From the human T2T-CHM13v2.0 reference genome, Homo sapiens: DNA of 64,000 bases. This document shows positions 16,610-44,370 of the stretch, piece after piece. The notes beneath the pieces are model-generated. The model worked only from the letters and a program-made list of their open reading frames with translations. It searched no databases and was not told the origin of the DNA. The number at the start of each line of letters is the position of its first letter. The first letter of the stretch is position 1. The stretch is from NCBI RefSeq assembly GCF_009914755.1, contig NC_060939.1, one strand, 5' to 3'. A program made the translations under genes and the position numbers.

Positions 16610-19573
16610 ACAGCACTTTGCAACAACTTAATAATTTATTACATTACAGTAGCATCACACCAGCAGTCAATAATGCCACTTTAGGCAAAAGTCTTTCAGT
16701 ATTTCCGTTTTACATTCCGCTTACAAGAATTCATAAATTGGTAAAATTCATTCCAAGAAAACTTGGCAAATAAAGCTTTGGACTGGAATTGGCATTTCTT
16801 TCTCTACTTTTCCTTCCCACCATTTATTTCCTTTACAGTATTCATATTTTAAAATGTTTTAACTTATTTCAGAACATTAAGATAGCAGTTACATTGTTTA
16901 ATAGTTATTTTAAAATGACTCTTTCAGATAAAGTTTTAGAGAAACTATAGTATGGATAGGGCTGATTTACATTTTCAAATTTTCTAAAAATCAGCTTTGG
17001 TTTTAGAGCTGATTTTTGTTCATTTCTGGAAAACCTATCAGATTTAATCCAATACTTTAAAAATGATTATTATATATTGCACTCTTTAAATCGGTGATTT
17101 GATTCTTCCTACAGAAATTCAAATTTATTGAATTGAACTCACATTTTAGAATTCTGTTTCTGATGAACTCTAACCTTCCAATGTTGCCTTCTAAGCAAAT
17201 TGAAAGCTGCCTTATACCGAATGAGGAAGAATACCAATACTTGGCTGAATGAGGTATCGCAAAAGACTGCATGCACTTTGAAGAAAGACTTAAGTTATAG
17301 TCATGCGATTTCCATTCTTTTTAGCTTTTTCTTAAATATACGACAAATATCTACACAAAGAGTGGTATTTCTGTTAATATAGTCAATTTATTTTCCAGAT
17401 TGACATTCAGCTTAAATATGCCAGTATGTGATTTAATCCATAGGCACCTGATGAACACATTATTGTCAGATTGGTTGCAGATGCTCGTAGTTGTCTTTAA
17501 ACTGAACTCAAAGAATGCAAAAACATCAAGTTCAGAAAATAAAAGGCAAGGACAGGACTTTAAGTGCATTTTAAACCCACGGGCTAGAAATCGTACCACT
17601 GTTAACTAGCCGCATTATTTGGTCTAACATTTTTTCTTTATCATTCTGAAACTGGGTTTATCTAATACATTGATACATTCATACAATTTGGAAGAGTCCG
17701 TTGAAGTCACAAGGACCCGATATTTGCACTCTTTCAGTGATTGCCGGCAAATCTGTTATTCCATCGGCAAAATCGTACTGCTGCTCTCCTGTTAATGTCG
17801 TATTTATAAAAGTATCATGAGGATGCCAACTGCTAAAAATGGAGATGGTCTAGTAACTAGAAATCCCCACCCCAGGGAGCACACATACATATCTCCCTAC
17901 ATCCTAATAATGTGATGTGTTTTGGAACACAGACATTAGAACTTCATGAAGTTTTAACTGTTGAGTCTTTCCCAAGCATCATCAAGTTATGATTTAGGCA
18001 ATGTACAACTGAAATTCATTCATTCATCATGCATAGGCACAATCACATAAATACTGCACAAAATATGCCCGTAAGTGAAACCCAGAGGTACAGAAACACA
18101 TTTCACTCTTCACAAAGAAGTTTGTGAGGAAATATAACTCTGTGATTGTATAGACATGTTTCCTGATAATACACTGACATTCACCAACAGTAGATTGCAC
18201 TGCAGTTTGTACACATTTTAAGTTGCATAAACTTCTCCTTGATTTTCAAAGATAGTATAATACTGTCTACTAAAACTCCTTTTTGTTTCAACTAAGCACT
18301 CTCACATATATTAGTTTATAACAATGTTTATTATTATTTCAAAGTGTTTTCCATTCAAGGAAAAGAAGTCAATTCCTATGTCAAAGTAACCAAGGTGGTT
18401 GAAGAATAGGCAGAGTGGTCTAGATGGTAAAATCAATCTTCAAGCCTCAAAGAAGCTCCATGAACAGAGGAATGCCAGGTGTCACACAGCTTTCCTTCAC
18501 TCTAATTCATTCTTGACTAGAGCCTGTATGCGTGTTCCAGGGACATTTAAACTCTTAAAGGATTTCTTCTGATCTTTACTAAATACATTAAGAAGAATGC
18601 CAACCAGTGCCATTTTGTGTACTGGGACATGCAGTCATGTGATTAAAACAGGTAACATGAACTCTGACTTTAAAATATAGATACAAATGCTCTAAGCTAG
18701 GAAAGGTTTTCCACATCCATAGTCAATGATGGGAACCTTTCATTCCTCAGAAATAAGCCCTTTTTAGGTCATCAAAAAAGAGTACAACTGCTGCAGCTCA
18801 TGATGCAATATCTTCATGAGCCCAGAGCACATACAAATCCTAAAGGAACTACAATAGTACAGCACTAATTCTTGGCAACAGAACAAATGAAACACACTCT
18901 ATCTTGCACATACCTGCCAGAGCAGGCAACTTTCCTCTTCTGTGAAATTTAAAAAGCTCCCCCAAAATGTTATTACTCCCATCACCAATACACAGAAAAT
19001 GAGGGAAAGGCTGTTTCCAGTTCTCGGCCTTTAAACAACTCTAAATGTCAGTACTCTTGGTGGCATATTACAAAGTATTAAATAGTGCACACTTGGGGCA
19101 AACCACATATTGTGCTAATGAAGAGCTCACTGTGATTAAGATTAGATCAAACAATAGCAGAACATAGGCAAATTTTATCTGAATTCTGTAATGAATATAC
19201 ATGCTGCAATAACATTAAAAACACATGGCAGCCTATTCCAAACCAGCAAGAATAGTTTTGTGCAAATAGTGGGTCTTTGTGTGTTTGAACCCCACCACGT
19301 AAGGGCAAACTCAATATGCACGCTAATGACCTACAATCATGAAATTGAAAAAGAAAATTGCGAAAGTATGCCAGAGTGAACATCAGTGAAAGCCACAGAG
19401 ACCCACTCTCTTTTAACTATTTACAAATAAACTTAAACTATAAATTAGAAACACAAATAATCATAAGTGGCTATAACATTCAAACGAAGTAAATGAATTG
19501 TGTAGGAGATTAACCCCATAACTTTGTTTCTTTTTTAAAAATTTCTTGAGCAGCTCTTTGACGATGGTGATGT
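16610..19573 (-). other. GOLGA8 3' UTR made of a ~3 kb AT-rich foreign insert (probably the ITSN2-UTR-derived chr15 core segment); poly(A) signal at 16635-16640
   Basis: AT-rich sequence without obvious interspersed repeats directly after the stop; AATAAA on minus at 16640-16635; ITSN2 origin is recalled, not verified. Confidence 0.6.
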
Positions 19574-29893
<10,320 letters not shown>

Positions 29894-29929
29894 CAGCAAA
29901 ATCCCACCAAGCACTGATCAACACCTCCA

Positions 29930-30190
29930 GTCACCTACCAGGTAGCTGTGCGACTGAGCCAGAGGAGGCGTAACCAGGGATGCAGTAGAAGGCAGAATAG
30001 GGGCGTGGCCTTAATGCTCCAAGCCCATTGGTTAATGAGAAAGATGAAAGGGAAAGGGGGCGTGGCCAGGCATCACGTGTCCAGAGGGACCTTTGGCTCA
30101 CAAGGAAAGCTGCCCATGCAACCACTGTCCCCACCCACCCTAAGAGAGGGGAGAGGCCGCCAACTCTGGGAGAGGGGCAGGGCCGGCTTT
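29930..30190 (-). promoter_or_regulatory. GOLGA8 proximal promoter (CCAAT box, two GC/KLF boxes)
   Basis: ggggcgtggc at ~30000 and ~30057, cccattgg (CCAAT on minus) at ~30024-30031; homologous to 50340-50590. Confidence 0.6.
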
Positions 30191-30575
30191 TGCTTTAAAA
30201 GCTTTTAAAAAATATATATGTGTATACTTTATATATATGTGTGTCTGTGTGTGTGTACCTGTGTGTTCCTCCAGAGCTGTCTTCATGATCCAGCTTCTAT
30301 GCAAGGTCTATGATTTTGGCCTATATTTTTCATAGAGTACAAAAATTACCAGTATTACCTTAACCGAGATACAGATCCTATGAAAATGGAAAATCCATAG
30401 CATGCTTGATGATTACTGAAGCAGACTATATTATCCAACATTCCAATAAGATAAAATAATCACAATGACTTCTCTTTTTTGGAAAAATGTTTCTCTTATT
30501 CTCCTACGTTATTGTGAAGACTTTTTTTCTTAAACAAGAAACATGTCTAATATTTGTAAAAACACAAAGCTTTTG

Positions 30576-30904
<329 letters not shown>

Positions 30905-31438
30905 CTAATATAATTTTAATATCTCCTCCTGGGATTTCACTAAGACACATTTTGGACCTCATTCTGATCTTCCTCTCCCCTCCAAGCCCACCAACTTCTG
31001 CCCTATCATCTATCCTCATGTCTCTCTGTGTGACATGCTGACTTACTTTTTGGAGAGAATCGTCTAAACAATTAATTCTTTCTTCTCGTGTCTAATCCAT
31101 CCACTAGTTTCTTATTTCAACAATTACATTTTTATTTCCTTATTTCATTTTATTCTGAGACTGAGTCTCATTCTGTCACACAGGCTGAATTGCAGTGGTA
31201 CGAACCTGCAGACTCGGCCTCCTGGGCTCAAGTGATCCTCCCACCTCAGCCTCTTGAGTAGCTGGGACTATAGGCAGGTGCCCCATACCCAGCTAATACC
31301 ATACCCACACAGCAGAGACATAAAAGATTTCCATCCTCAAAGAAGGTTCCATTGAACAGCACTGCTCTAATTCAATAAAAAATACCACTGAGCACAACAT
31401 AGTAATAGAAAAGATTGAAGAGGCAGTGCTGATACTTA

Positions 31439-31765
<327 letters not shown>

Positions 31766-32244
31766 ACACCTGATATTTATTTTTAAGTACACTATTTTCA
31801 AACATTCAGAAGTTATTTCATCCTACCTTCATGGTTTCCATTCTATGCCTGGTTTAGAATTGGGATCTGATAAAATAAACGTGTTCAACAGAACCACTTC
31901 TCATGGCTGTATAACAGATGATCAATATGTATTTGCTGAGGAAATCATACAATTTTCTTAATTTTTTTTAACAAAAATTGTGGTTTCAAGGGACCAAACT
32001 TGAATACTACACCTTCATGTTCTAAGAATCAGGGGACTTATATAAAACCTCGGTTGCCTGATAAGGACTACATCAAAGTGAAAAGCCATGGGAAAGAACT
32101 AGAAAGTATACTTTTGACCCTAGTTCTGTAAAGTTTCCTTATGCCACAGGTAATACACATCGCAATTCCTGCCAAATTCTTTCCCTCACCTCTGTTTATG
32201 GTCTCGATTCCATAAATAGGAGAAGGGCATGAATTTGCTTTAGT

Positions 32245-32360
32245 TAGATAGACAGATAGATGGATAGATAGATAGATGGATGGATGGATGGATGGATAGA
32301 TAGATAGACAGAGATAAAGATAGAGACAAAGATGGAGACAGAGATGGACATAGAGACAGA
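32245..32360. repeat. (TAGA)n/(TGGA)n microsatellite
   Basis: Direct reading. Confidence 0.9.
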
Positions 32361-32499
32361 TTTGCAGAAGATAAGTTCTAGGTGAACTAGTGTCAACATT
32401 AAAGTGGTATGCCTACATCTAACTATTCTGGAGAGAAAAACATACCTCAAAGAAATTGACTTAAATATATACAGAGAAAAAGTTTAAGCTGAAAGCTAC

Positions 32500-32845
32500 T
32501 GCCTTTTTATATGAGACACTTTAGGAAATTACTTGGGGGGCAAGAGAGAAAATGGGTGGACATAGCTCAGAGGTTACACAGTAGCAGATATGTAGGATGA
32601 ACAAGCCTAGAAATATAATGTACAACGCGAGAAATATAGGTAATAAAATTGTGCTGTATTGGGATTCACGCTAAATGAGATTTTAAGCTCCTCTTGCCAC
32701 CAAACAAAAAGAAAACGGGTAACTATCTGAGTTGAAGGATACGTTAATTTGCTTCACTGTAGTAATTTTTTTAACCATCTATATGCATCCCACAAAATCA
32801 TGTTGTATACCTTAAATACACAGAATACAATTTATTTAACATAAA
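32500..32845 (+). mobile_element. L1M 3' end
   Basis: gtaataaaattgtgctgtatt...ttcactgtagt...catgttgtataccttaaata plus A-rich end. Confidence 0.65.
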
Positions 32846-33092
32846 AAACTACTCCAATATTTTCTGCATTTTTAATATGCTCACCCAAAGAAAGCATTAA
32901 TTTGCATCTTTGATGTTAAACAGATAGCCTAATCAAGTCACTATCAAGATCAAGACTAAAAGTTACAGCTTTTTTCTTTTGATGCCTTTCAGATATATCT
33001 ATTTATATATAAAAATATATATACACACACACATACATACACACACACATCTATATGTAGTTATGTGTGTGTGTATATATAGTTACAGTTTT

Positions 33093-33390
33093 GGCCAGGT
33101 GCAATGGCTGACACCTGTAATCTCAGCACTTTGGGAGACCAAGGCTGAAGACTTGCTTGAGGCCAGGAGTTTGAGACCAGCCTGGGCAACGAAGCAAGAC
33201 CCTATCTCTACAATTTTTTTTTTTTAACAAAATTAGCCAGGGATGATGGCATGCACTTGTAGTCCCAGATACTTGGGAGGCTGAGGCGGAGGATCCCTTG
33301 AGCCCAGGAGTTCAAAGCTGCAATGGGCTGTTACTGTGCCACTGGATCCCAGTCTGAGCAACAGAGCAAGACTTTGTCTCAAAAACAAAA
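33093..33390 (+). mobile_element. AluJ
   Basis: Alu dimer. Confidence 0.85.
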
Positions 33391-33910
33391 TTTATAATTA
33401 AAGATAAATAGTTATAGTTTTATGAACCTTGACTGCAACTGAGGGAAAATCCCGTAATTGGCAAAATGAATTCTGCCTGCTTGCAAAACTTCTGACTAAT
33501 ACGGAATGAATAATAGGAAGCCCATATTAGAGGATCCACATCAGTTAAAAAGTTTCCAAATAAGAGTGACTCTGAGTTCTGCAGAGTGAAAAGATTGGGT
33601 TCAAACCAAACACTTGCAAGATCTTGAGTAAGATACTTAATCCCTCTGTGACTCACTGTTCTCAAATGTAAGTGAAGATAATTTGTAACTCAAAAAAAAT
33701 GAAAAAGTTTTCTCTAAGATTGCAAATCCTAAGGATAATTTCATTTTAATATCAGTTATTTAGTCTGGATACACCATAATGCAGACTAATTTTCCCTCTG
33801 CTTAAAGACCACACAAAAACATTACCAATAAAATTTACTTGTGTATCAACTTTTACTCCTGAGACTTCATCGTTTGTTTGGTTAAAAAAAAAAAAAAAAA
33901 AGCGCACTAG

Positions 33911-34395
<485 letters not shown>

Positions 34396-34622
34396 GTTAC
34401 ACTATTCTTGGCCCCTCAAGTGACTGTATGAATTTTAGGATCAGCCTCTCGAGTTCCACAAAAAAATTCTATTGGGATTTGTGTAGGAATTTCTTGAATT
34501 TATAGATTAATTTGTTGAGAAGTAGTATGTTTATAGCATTGAGTCCTACGATTCATAATATATATGGCATATATTTCAGTTTAGTCAGTTCTTCCTTTAA
34601 GTCCCTGGGTAATTTTTATATT

Positions 34623-35012
34623 TGTCTTAGTCCCTTCATAGTGCCATAACAAAACACCTGAGACTGGGTAATTTACACAGAGCAGAAGTTTATTTTCTCA
34701 GTTCTGGAGGTTGGGAAGAACAAGATCAAGACTCCAGCAGACACAGTGTCTAGTGAGGGCCTGGTCTCTGCTTCCAAGATGGTACGTTGAATGCTGCTTC
34801 CTCTGGAGCAGGCAAATGCTATGTTCTCATGAGGCAGAAGGGACAGATTTACCACCACCCACAAGCCCTTTTATAAGGAAGGCACTAATCTCATGCATGA
34901 GGGCTCACCCTTATGTCTTAATCACTTCTTAAAGGCCCCACTTCTTAGTACTATCATCTTGGGAATTAAGTTTTAATACATGAATTTTGGGAGACACATT
35001 CAGGCTATGGCA
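34623..35012 (-). mobile_element. MaLR solo LTR (MST/MLT1A-like)
   Basis: tgtcttagtc...gagactgggtaattta...cagttctggagg...cttccaagatgg...gacacattcaggctatggca; imperfect 5-bp TSD atatt/atact. Confidence 0.8.
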
Positions 35013-35089
35013 ATACTCTTCATGAAAGGCCTGTGTATACTTTGCTAGATATATTCTCAGGGTTTTGTTGCTATTGTGAATAGAATCTC

Positions 35090-35405
35090 TTTTTTTTTTT
35101 TTTTTTTTTTTTGCCACGGAGTCTGGCTCCTTTGCCCAGGCTGGAGTGCAGTGGCGCGATCTCGGCTCACTGCAAGCTCTGCCCCTCCAGGTTTAAGCAG
35201 CCTGTTGCCCAGGCTGCAATGCAGTAGCATAGTCATAGTTCAATACAGCCTCAAACTCCTGGGCCCAAATGATTCTCTAAGCTAATATTTTTAATTTTTT
35301 AGAGATGGAGTTTCATTCAAGGATCACTAAAGGCCAGTGATCCTCCCGCCTCAGCTTCTGAAATTGCTGGGATTACAGGTGTGATTGAGCCATGGAGCCT
35401 GGCCA
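35090..35405 (-). mobile_element. Composite antisense Alu (young Alu piece fused to AluJ)
   Basis: T-run then ggagtctggctc..., second gttgcccaggctg. Confidence 0.75.
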
Positions 35406-35941
35406 GACATGGGCTATTGATTCTCGCTGTTACTCTTTTCCCTTTCCTTCTAATCCTTGTATTGGGAAGCAAACAGTATGGAAATTTTATTTCTTCATTT
35501 TATTGATACGTAGATCTCTGCTTAGAAGACAATTTTAGTTTTAAATTATAAATGTTTCGTTCATTATTCATAGAAAACTAGATTTGCCATGGGATATTTA
35601 TAAGTGTTGCACGAATGAAGGGTTTTCTAGTCAAATAAGTTGAAACACATTACGTTAAACAAACTTGGACAGTTTTGTTTCCGGTCATTTTTAGAGTTCT
35701 AAATTATGATTCTACTCAAGAGGATATTGTATGCGGTATTTTCAAACCAACTCATCCTGCGTCAGGTTGTGGTTACGCTTTGGGAGAGGAAGCTATAATC
35801 TTATACTGAGACTGTAATGAATGTATTAAGGTAATTTTCGTAGCTTTCTCTTTTTGGAGTTACCTGAGAAATTATGACACCCTTTTCCAAACAGGCCAAC
35901 CTGCTTTGCAAACACGATTTCCATAATTTTAACAATGGTGA

Positions 35942-36303
<362 letters not shown>

Positions 36304-36966
36304 TCAGTTGGAAAGAGGGAAGTATTTAGAGTGAAAAAGTTTCGGTGGAACACACACAAAAATAGGAAGATCAGGTATAACTGTTCCAAAAAAAAGAGTA
36401 TGGCAGTATAGAAGAAAAGGTCTCCATGAAAATGCAGAAGAACAATTTCACAGCTGGTGCTGGCATTTCAGAGACCTTGAGCTGGGAATCAAAAGATGGG
36501 AATTTCAGTCTCGGATGTGCCACTCCTTAGAGGTTTAATATCTACTAAACCCGGCGGGCTCCACTTGGTGGTGTTTGCTATTTAAAAAAACAAAAACATG
36601 TGGCAATGATCTTCCACGTGATTCTGACTTGAGCCCCACCCGAGTCTGCAGACTTACCCTTCCACTGCTTTGCCCTTCAAGTTTGTGCCCATTAGCAAAG
36701 AGAAATTTTCTCTTTGGGATCACTGCTGTGTTGATCTCAGGAATATTTGGCGTTGAATTTAACATATTTTTCATATGTGTGTGCAATAGGGAGGCTGAGA
36801 AACTTGTCTTTTTTTTAAGGTGTTCATTTTTGGGGTACAGGTAGCAGCCTGCTCTACAATCCACACAGAAGCTGGAAATAGCCTCTAGAGAATTTCCACG
36901 TTTAGAGAAGATAAATTTATACATTTGTATCTAATCAACATTTTTTAGCTAACATAGTAGTCTAAT

Positions 36967-37553
36967 TATACTATGTATAATTATACTATGTATAATTATG
37001 GGTACTGAAATGACACCTGGCATATGCTGTATGCTGTGTTATATATACATATATATTTACACATATACATATATATTACACATATACATATATATTTACA
37101 CATATATATTTACACATATACATATATATTTACACATATATATTTACACATATACATATATTTACATATTTTACATTTACATTTTACATTTATTTTACAT
37201 TTTACATTTATTTTACATTTTACATTTACATTTGACATTCTACATTTATTTTACATTTACATATTTTACATTTACAAATATTTACATATTTTACATTTAT
37301 ATATACATATATTTACATACATATATTTACGTACATATTTTTACATACATATTTACATGTGTATATATTTACATACATTCACATACATATTTACATATAT
37401 ACTTACATACATACATATTTACATAATATTTACATACACATATTACATACATATATGTACACATATACATATATTTACACATATACATATACTATGTATA
37501 ATTATACTATGTATAATTATGGGTACTGAAATGACACCTGGCATATGCTGTAT
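36967..37553. repeat. AT-rich (TA/CA/TTTACA) low-complexity tract between 66-bp perfect direct repeats
   Basis: 36967-37032 identical to 37488-37553. Confidence 0.9.
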
Positions 37554-37572
37554 TTAAAAATGTGAGGTTCAG

Positions 37573-37790
37573 TGAGAACACATGGACACAGGAAGGGAAA
37601 CAACACATACTGGGGCCTGTCAGGGCGGGTGGGGGAGGAGCATCAGGAAAAATAGCTAATGCGTGCTGGGCTTAACACTGAGGTTATGAGTTGATAGGTG
37701 GACCAAACCACCATGGCACACGTTTCCCTACGTAACACTCCTGCACATGTACCTAGAACTTAAAACAAAATTTTAAAAATAATAAAAAAT
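37573..37790 (+). mobile_element. 5'-truncated L1PA 3' end with TSD
   Basis: tgagaacacatggacacagg...caaaccaccatggcacacg...ctgcacatgtacc; TSD aaaaatgtga..ttcag on both sides. Confidence 0.85.
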
Positions 37791-38819
37791 AAAAATGTGA
37801 AATTCAGCACATAAACTGTTGGTTTTATTCTTCATATTTTCTTAATTCAGAAATTATTTTCTGAACTATGGTTTATTAGATAATTTTGACGTAACAATTT
37901 TTTAAGAGGAAATTTAAGTTTTACTTTTTAATTGGGGCTCTTGGTTCTTTTTAAGAAAGACAGAGATAAATCATTTATACATTTAATTAGAAGAGACTGG
38001 GCTTGAATTTTTAAAAAGTACTAGAAATCGTAGCCACTATATATGTTATCTTTGAAATGTTTTAGACACTAATTACCTAAACAAGGAGCAAATAAGTTAA
38101 ACCTCTTGGATTTTAATAAGAGCTAAAATGTACAGTTGTATTTTCTGGTTTTTTAAATTGTTACAGTCTAAATTTATTCTTCCTAATGAAGAAATGTATG
38201 TGCCGTCAATATCAGGTTCTTTGTGGGTACTCACAGTTCCCTTTGCCTTTTACGCAGTGAATGTGGGCAACATGCGTGGAACAGAAATGATGTCGTTTTC
38301 TTTCTTTTGAATATCACTATGAATCTAATAATTCAAAGATTCCTAACTTTCTGAATGCCATTATTAATTGGATTCACAATGACTTACCAGGTACAGAGTT
38401 GTCCCGTGTGTCTTGGGGTGAACTACTGAGAGTGGTATGAGGGAAGCGATTCTCAGCTAGCGCTGAGTGGGGCCACTTCCAAAGAGGTGATGGGGTAAGA
38501 AGCACACACAATGTGGCATTTTCACTGCAAAGGGAGGTTTGTGCTGCCTCTCCTCCTGTGGCAGGTCTGCTCGCAGGGGAGGCTCCAAAGTTTGGCTTTG
38601 CTGGGTTTGGCATGTGAGAACTGATGAAATATCTGTATGTAGTATCTTTCAAGGATTTATATCGGTTGGATTTCTGTGTAAATTTGCATATCCCTTTGAC
38701 TGCTTTACCCCATAGAAGCTTTGTATGCTTAACAAAATCTGTAACTTTTCTGTCACTTTCTCATTTAGCATCTGCCTTTCTGGCTTTTTACTTTATCTTT
38801 TTATTATTGTTTTTAGTTT

Positions 38820-39990
38820 AATGAGATTATGGTTAGAGAGAAAGATGGGTGCATGATTCCGCTTCTTTGGAATTTGTTGAGATTTTCCTTATGGCTCAGT
38901 ACATATGTACTTGGGGGGGTGAATGCTGTCACTTTGGAGAGATATGTTTTTTCTGTACATTAAGTCAAGCTTGTTAATTTTCTAGAGAGATGTAAATCTT
39001 CTATGTCTATGCTGATTGTTTTTTGTCTCTTTTATCAGATACTGAGATATGTATTTAAATTGCCCTCTGAGGGTTGCAATTTTGTCATATTTTGCTTTCA
39101 TGTATTTTGAGTGCTAGTTATTAGATACATTAACATTTTAGATTACCTTCTCCCTTGGTTTATTAGAATTTTTATCATTATATTGTGGCCTTAAAAAATC
39201 TCCCATATTGCTTTTTGCCCAAAGCCTATTTTATCTGATAATAATATAGCTTCCAACCCTTCTTTGGGTTAGGTACATATGACAGGTGTATCTTTTTTCA
39301 ATCTCTCTCAGTCTTTCTGTGACTTTATGTTTTAGATGTCTTTTCATACTGTTTATTTTCTGTTTTTTGTGTTTTTTTGTGTGTGTGTTTTTTTTTTTGA
39401 TACGGAGTCTTGCTCTGTTGCCCAGGCTGGAGTGTAATGGTGTGATCTCGGCACTGCAACCTCTGCCTCCTGGATTCAAGCGATTCTCCTGCCTCAGCCT
39501 CCTGAGTAACTGGGATTACAGATGTTCACCACCACGCCGGCTAATTTTTGTATTAGCAGAGATGGGGTTTCACCATGTTGGTCAGGCTGCTCTCGAACTC
39601 CTGACCTTGTGATCCCTCCGCCTGCCTCATCCTCCCAAAGTGCTGGGATTACAAGCATGAGCCACCACGCGTGCCCTAATTCTGTTTTATAGTCATTTTC
39701 TCTTAATTATTCAGTCTATTTACATTTATTGTGATTGTTGGCATAGTTTCTTTTATAACTTTCATCGTATTTTGTGCTATTTGTTCCATCTGTTTTTATT
39801 TCTTCATGTCTTTTTTGTTTCGTTTTTGCTAATTCCTTTTATATTCATGGTTATTCTGCTCTTGAAATGTATGCTATGTGAATATATTTGTGAGTTGACA
39901 ATACTTTATTAGCAATTAAATATACTATTTCTCTTTTTTTTAGAACTTGCTCAAATGTTACATAACCTCAATATCCTTAGTATCTAAATT
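38820..39990 (-). mobile_element. Antisense L1M fragment interrupted by an antisense AluS (39390-39675)
   Basis: ggttagagagaaagat...ttggaatttgttgaga; T-rich plus strand; Alu motifs. Confidence 0.65.
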
Positions 39991-40029
39991 AAACTGACTT
40001 TCTGAACAATCATCATTTTAAGGCAGTTA

Positions 40030-42451
<2,422 letters not shown>

Positions 42452-42455
42452 AGAT

Positions 42456-42844
42456 CAAAGCGTTGAGCTGAATAAAGAGTTATCTTTTAGCATTTTGTGG
42501 AGCCCGGGTAGATCTGTGCAGGGGGAAGCATATTACAGAAGCGAGAAACAGAGAGTTATTTAATTGAAGCACGCATTATGTTTTTTTTTTTTTTTACGTT
42601 TTTAGGAAAAATATGTTTTGTGACTTGCATTTGTTTGTTTAGTGACCTTGCAGTTGCACAGTTAGGGAATTAGGGTTTTGATAATGCCTGGGAAGGGAGC
42701 GATAAGGCTCACTAGCCATAGGAAAACAGGTAGTTTTTTTAAAGGACTAAGGCTCTTTCTCATTCTCAGGGGGAATTGGGTTTTTTTTACATACAGCTGA
42801 GTTTTTGCTTACACATTTTTTCATTTCTTTTAATTCCTGTTCCA
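42456..42844 (-). mobile_element. ERV1-class LTR, 5' part (U3); same family as 9427-9733
   Basis: Minus strand starts TG (tggaacaggaattaaaag); shares ctaattcc.taactgtgcaact.caaggtcactaaacaaa...gcttc.ccctgcacagatct with 9421-9580. Confidence 0.72.
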
Positions 42845-43499
42845 ATGCCAGCATCCTTGCGGTGCGGTTTCCCAGCGGCTCTCTTGCCTTGCAGCTTGTG
42901 TCGGGAGTTGCAGACAGCCATGGCCCATGGGCCTGGCGCTGACGGACCCTGGAGCGGTGTCTGAGGGAGGTGGGCAAAGCCACTGGCTGGCCCGAGTGCA
43001 TCCTCACGTAAGTGCACAGATCCCGGGCTCGGGTGCGACTGCGGTCGCACGTGGACACGGGTTGCAGACCCCTGGCAAATTGTGGAGCTGGGGGAAGGTA
43101 AGGGGAAATGTAAATCACTTTTCCCCACATTTCAGAGGACCTAGGCTATCAAAATTTTAAAAATTGTTAAAACTTTTACAGTATGGATCTCTCAGTTGAA
43201 TGTTATTGAAATCAACCTAACCTCAGTTATTCACGCCTATAAGCTCCCCTTGAGGCTTATTACGGCCCCCATCCCCCTACACACAACTGTGTTGGTTTCT
43301 CCTTCCGCCTGTGCTCCTAAAGCACTCAGTGTTTACCTGCCATCATACTTTATTGAAAGCACAAACTTGTCACTTGTCTGTCTACCCCGCTAAGCTTCTT
43401 GAGAATTAGAACTTTCATGTCTCTTCCCAACACAAACGTTTTATGTGTATTTTGTTGAAGAACTTCAAATATGACCTATAAAATTATGACTCATTTATG

Positions 43500-44370
43500 T
43501 TTCAAACTCCAACCTCTCCCTTGAGTTCCTTGCTCACAAGCAACTCCAGACTGAGCTTAGTTGGAATTCAGTAGCGCACAACTGGGATATCCGCACCGTA
43601 CGGCTTTTAACAATTTTTTAAATTTTGGTCCTCTCAGCATCACAAATTCACTGTGTCCAAAATACAGTAGAATGTTGTTTCTACCCACCTACACTCTGCC
43701 ATCCGCTGAAGTCCTTTCCCCTTGCTCCACCACTCAAGCCTTGCCTATCGCAGTAAATGGCAGTTCTGTCTCTCCAGTTGCTCGCACATAAAACTAGGCT
43801 GCTATTTTGATGTCTTCACTTTTCTCTATTCTGTATCTAATTCCTTAGCAATCCTGTCAGTTCTACCTCCAAACTGTACTCAGCATATTCACTGCTCTAA
43901 CTCCAGCTTAAATCACCATCATCCTTTGCCTGGAATGCTGCATCAACCTTCTAATCACTCTACTTTCCTCCTCCTCCTTCCTCCCTTTCTTCTTCCTTCG
44001 TATAAATCATCATTTCATCCTTCTGCTTAAAATCTTCTCACATTTTCTTATTACACTTAAAACGGCAAACTCTTACCCTTGAGCCCTGCAGAATTTGGCT
44101 CCCATCAGTCTCTCCAACTTCACCTTCTGCCTCCTTCACGTTATAGCCATGCTCACTTTTTTATTCCTCAGGCTTACCAAGCTCAATTGCATCTTAGAGA
44201 ATTTGTTCTTGCTGTTTCTTCCGCCTGGAATACATGTTTCCCAATCTTTATAAGACTATACTTGTCTGTAAGTTTCATCTCAGATGTCACATCTAGGAGA
44301 GGTTTTCCTTGACCACTGTAGCCAAAGCAAATGTTGATCATTGAGTGAATAAGGGAATGAATGAATGGAG
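43500..44370 (+). mobile_element. L2 fragment
   Basis: Pyrimidine-rich L2 motifs (cagtaaatggca, cagttctacctccaaa) ending tgaatgaatg. Confidence 0.65.

Noticed and set aside
36998-37557. Tyr/Ile/His-rich ORFs
   Set aside because: Translation of a microsatellite.
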